Part shown: in pieces, positions 40,627 to 42,951 of the stretch | Layout of the letters: every line of letters starts with the position of its first letter | How positions within the stretch are numbered: position 1 is the first letter of the stretch | Virus record (IMG/VR): IMGVR_UViG_3300045988_076193 | Coordinates: 1-42,951 of that record | Source: a virus | DNA: 42,951 nucleotides | Strand: one strand, 5' to 3' | Program-made: the position numbers and the translations under genes | The notes under the pieces: generated by a model | What the model was told of the DNA's origin: nothing | Seen by the model: the letters and a program-made list of their open reading frames with translations, nothing else | Database searches by the model: none

Positions 40627-42339
40627 CTAGAAGCCAAAATCATCGCTGAAGACACGCTCATCGTCCAAGTAGTTGTCCAAGTCTTCCTTGAACGCGATGG
40701 CATAAGCATCAAGCGTGGCATCAATCATGTCTATTTTGTTAGCATACTTATTCTTATTAATACGGACGCCGTTGTTGTCAGACATTAGAACCGCGTTCAT
40801 TGCGGCGGCCTGCATAATGCGATTATCTGAATGCTTTATGCGACCGCCTATAACATCATCGCGGAACTGCTTAGTTGGCATTGACAGTGTCAGCGTTCCT
40901 TGTCGTACCTGTACCATCGGCCACTCAGGATGATTCTTCTCAATTGCCGTTAGCATTGGTCCAAATTGATAAGGGTCGTACATGATACCTTGAACATCTA
41001 AGTCATTACGTTCAATGAAGTCTTCGAGCCATTCATATACCCGATCGTTGTCGATGATACCTGACTCTAAGCTGCTGATCTCTCCTTCGCCGTGTTGTTC
41101 AGCAGCCAAGTAGTCAATCCGATCCGTCTTGATTTTGTTATCAATTCCGCCTTTAGAAGCGACAAATGCATAACCATCGAGCCACCACCAGCCTTCTTGC
41201 GGGATTAACCAAGTAATGGCAAAAAGGTCGCTTGTACGACCAACATCAATACCAATCCAAGCTCTTTTGCCGCGAATATCAGGCTTTTCACTCAATTCAG
41301 CATCCTTCCAAGCATCGAAGTCTAAATAACTATCTTCAGTCGCTTGCCGCCAAATGTTGAAATTCTTGACCAGTTTTGCATTTAAACTGCCATCAGCACG
41401 TGCTTGAGATAGCTTTGTGGTCAAATAGTCGGTGATCTGATCATGCACAATATCAACGTCAAGTAGCGGATTCGATTTAATCCAAGAATTGGGGTCATCA
41501 ACCTCTTGTACGTTGTCTTGTTCAGCAATGAATGCAAAATAGCGTTCTGCCGTTTCTTCACCGGACAACACCTTTTTTGCATATGGATAATTTTGTTGAA
41601 ACATCGGCACGTTCATGTCGAATCCAGCCGTTGAAATGATGAACGTCAGATAACTAGGCAGTAACACCTGACCTGAGGCAAGGGTTTCAATCATATCTGT
41701 TGTTTTAGCGTTGGCATATTCGTCAACCACCGCAACATGGGGTTCATAGCCATCGACAAGTCCTGTATCACGAGAGAACGAACGAATTGTTGATCCGTCG
41801 TCTAAATTGACAAGTTCATCTCGCGTAATCTTAACCATTCGTTTGATGCCTGGGTCTTTCCGCATGAGCGCACGTAATCGGTCTTTTACCATTCCGAATA
41901 CAATGCCGGCCTGCTTGCGATCATTAGCAGCGGTATATAATTGCCGTTTGTTGGCTGGATTCTTTCCGAACAGAAACTCATACAGAATGACGCCAGAAAT
42001 CAAAAGCGACTTACCGTTTTTTCGTGCCATCGAAATGAACACATCGGTAAATCGCCTTATATTTGGATCATCTTTGTCAACCCAGCCATATATACTGCCA
42101 ATAATGAATTTTTGAAACGGTGCTAATGGTTGTGGTTTCCCACTTTTTGGTTCTGGCAGAATTTCCATAAATTTAACAGCCTTTCCCGCTAGATTTGGAT
42201 CATAACGCCATCGCCAATCTGTTCGTTTCAAGTCTTCTTGATGCCGTTTCACCGCGAGATTAACTGCATTAGAAGTAATAAGACGACCGTCCAGCACACG
42301 TTTTATAAAATTTGGCATTGGATCTTTAAATTTTGACAA
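40627..42339 (-). CDS. terL: Terminase large subunit
   Basis: 570 aa. TTG start after GGAGGTGA. Walker A-like MARKNGKS and Walker B VAVVDEY. Confidence 0.95.
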   Translation of the reverse strand: MSKFKDPMPNFIKRVLDGRLITSNAVNLAVKRHQEDLKRTDWRWRYDPNLAGKAVKFMEILPEPKSGKPQPLAPFQKFIIGSIYGWVDKDDPNIRRFTDVFISMARKNGKSLLISGVILYEFLFGKNPANKRQLYTAANDRKQAGIVFGMVKDRLRALMRKDPGIKRMVKITRDELVNLDDGSTIRSFSRDTGLVDGYEPHVAVVDEYANAKTTDMIETLASGQVLLPSYLTFIISTAGFDMNVPMFQQNYPYAKKVLSGEETAERYFAFIAEQDNVQEVDDPNSWIKSNPLLDVDIVHDQITDYLTTKLSQARADGSLNAKLVKNFNIWRQATEDSYLDFDAWKDAELSEKPDIRGKRAWIGIDVGRTSDLFAITWLIPQEGWWWLDGYAFVASKGGIDNKIKTDRIDYLAAEQHGEGEISSLESGIIDNDRVYEWLEDFIERNDLDVQGIMYDPYQFGPMLTAIEKNHPEWPMVQVRQGTLTLSMPTKQFRDDVIGGRIKHSDNRIMQAAAMNAVLMSDNNGVRINKNKYANKIDMIDATLDAYAIAFKEDLDNYLDDERVFSDDFGF

Positions 42340-42360
42340 CCAGCATCACCTCCATCGCGT

Positions 42361-42828
42361 CTAGCCAAAAGTATCAATGATTGAATCGTTCTTCTGTGCT
42401 TCGGTCTTAGGCATGCTCATCTGCATCCGGCTGTTGACATTAAGGCCAAGATCACTGGCTAGACTTTTAATATTTGCTGTGGCTTTATTCAAGGTGCTAA
42501 TGTACGCATAATATTCATCTTGATCTCCATTCTTTAAAGCCAATTTCATGTTGACCGATGTGTTTTTGTAAACCGAATACCATGTACAATAGTTTTCCAA
42601 CTCGGCGCGATCGAGATTTCTAAGTGGTAAGGTCCCCAAAGATTCGATAATTCGCTTGTATTCTTGTTTTGCGACTGGGTCAAGATGATTAGGCGGTGTT
42701 ACCTGAAGTTTTGGAATGCCATCTTTGGCCATTAATTCCGCATGTAGCTTGGCTTCTTGCCGTTCTTTGGTCAAATCACCCTTAGACATTTGCAACACTT
42801 TGTATTTTCCAGCCATTTCCCACTTCAC
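42361..42828 (-). CDS. terS: Terminase small subunit (P27-family type)
   Basis: 151-155 aa (ATG at 42816 is likely; the track start at 42828 abuts the SD). It lies immediately upstream of terL and downstream of HNH/cos. Confidence 0.8.
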   Translation of the reverse strand: MKWEMAGKYKVLQMSKGDLTKERQEAKLHAELMAKDGIPKLQVTPPNHLDPVAKQEYKRIIESLGTLPLRNLDRAELENYCTWYSVYKNTSVNMKLALKNGDQDEYYAYISTLNKATANIKSLASDLGLNVNSRMQMSMPKTEAQKNDSIIDTFG

Positions 42829-42854
42829 CTCCTAATATCTATATAAAATGGGCT

Positions 42855-42951
42855 GAGTTTACCCCTGCCGCCTTAAAAATCGTTACAATTTGGGGTGCAA
42901 AAAAGAGGCCGACCGTTCTTCCGCTTCGAGAAATGTAACCCCCGATAAAAA
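42855..42951. repeat. Terminal direct repeat, copy 2 (identical to 1..97)
   Basis: Same 97-nt string as 1..97. Confidence 0.95.

Larger units (their letters stand above)
1..42951. mobile_element. Complete temperate siphovirus genome, circularly closed (unique length 42,854 bp)
   Basis: All phage modules are present: switch plus integrase, replication, HNH/terS/terL, portal, protease, capsid, tail and lysis. The two ends are identical over 97 bp. Confidence 0.9.

Overview
The window is a complete, circularly closed genome of a temperate cos-type siphovirus with an HK97-fold capsid. Its unique length is 42,854 bp, and bases 1..97 are identical to 42855..42951. The host is a low-GC Gram-positive. 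GGAGGTGA-type ribosome-binding sites, an LL-H-type holin, an A2-like C_CCA_AAA signal at the capsid gene end and an enlarged Dit suggest a Lactobacillus/Lacticaseibacillus casei-group phage, but that host call is inference only.

Nearly all genes are on the minus strand. Reading the minus strand across the window junction, the order is:
- HNH/P-loop fusion, putative cos, terS, terL, portal, prohead protease, major capsid, connectors.
- Major tail protein, -1 frameshifted tail chaperone, 1620-aa tape measure, Dit, Tal with collagen-like repeats, XkdX-like ORF.
- Holin and a signal-peptide GH25/LysM endolysin.
- A moron operon (Clp-fold serine protease plus a 48-aa ORF), then attP.

The plus-strand lysogeny block at 16948..20893 holds the cI-like repressor, a membrane/secreted protein, a HEPN-like DUF3644-like protein and a tyrosine integrase. 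It diverges from a minus-strand early operon. That operon carries the cro-like gene, small ORFs, Gp157, a Sak4-like ATPase, an SF2 helicase, an AP2 protein, a DUF669 SSB-like protein, prim-pol/D5 primase-helicase, an iteron origin, VRR-NUC, a C5 methyltransferase, DUF-type ORFs and an ArpU-like late regulator.

Between ArpU and the packaging genes lies an accessory stretch. It contains three non-canonical tRNA-like elements, an AT-rich membrane protein, a 540-bp hairpin-dense non-coding spacer, an HTH-metallophosphoesterase, a NUMOD4/HNH homing endonuclease and an NrdH-like redoxin.

The items most worth follow-up are:
- the aberrant tRNA-like cluster;
- a 182-codon nested +1 frame inside the dcm gene that reads like a real protein, including a motif IX-like string;
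- the moron and superinfection-immunity candidates at both ends of the lysogeny region;
- a 19-bp motif shared by the genetic switch and both flanks of attP;
- plus-strand sRNA/terminator-like units inside minus-strand territory.

All folds, motif calls and family names come from hand inspection and memory. No searches were run.
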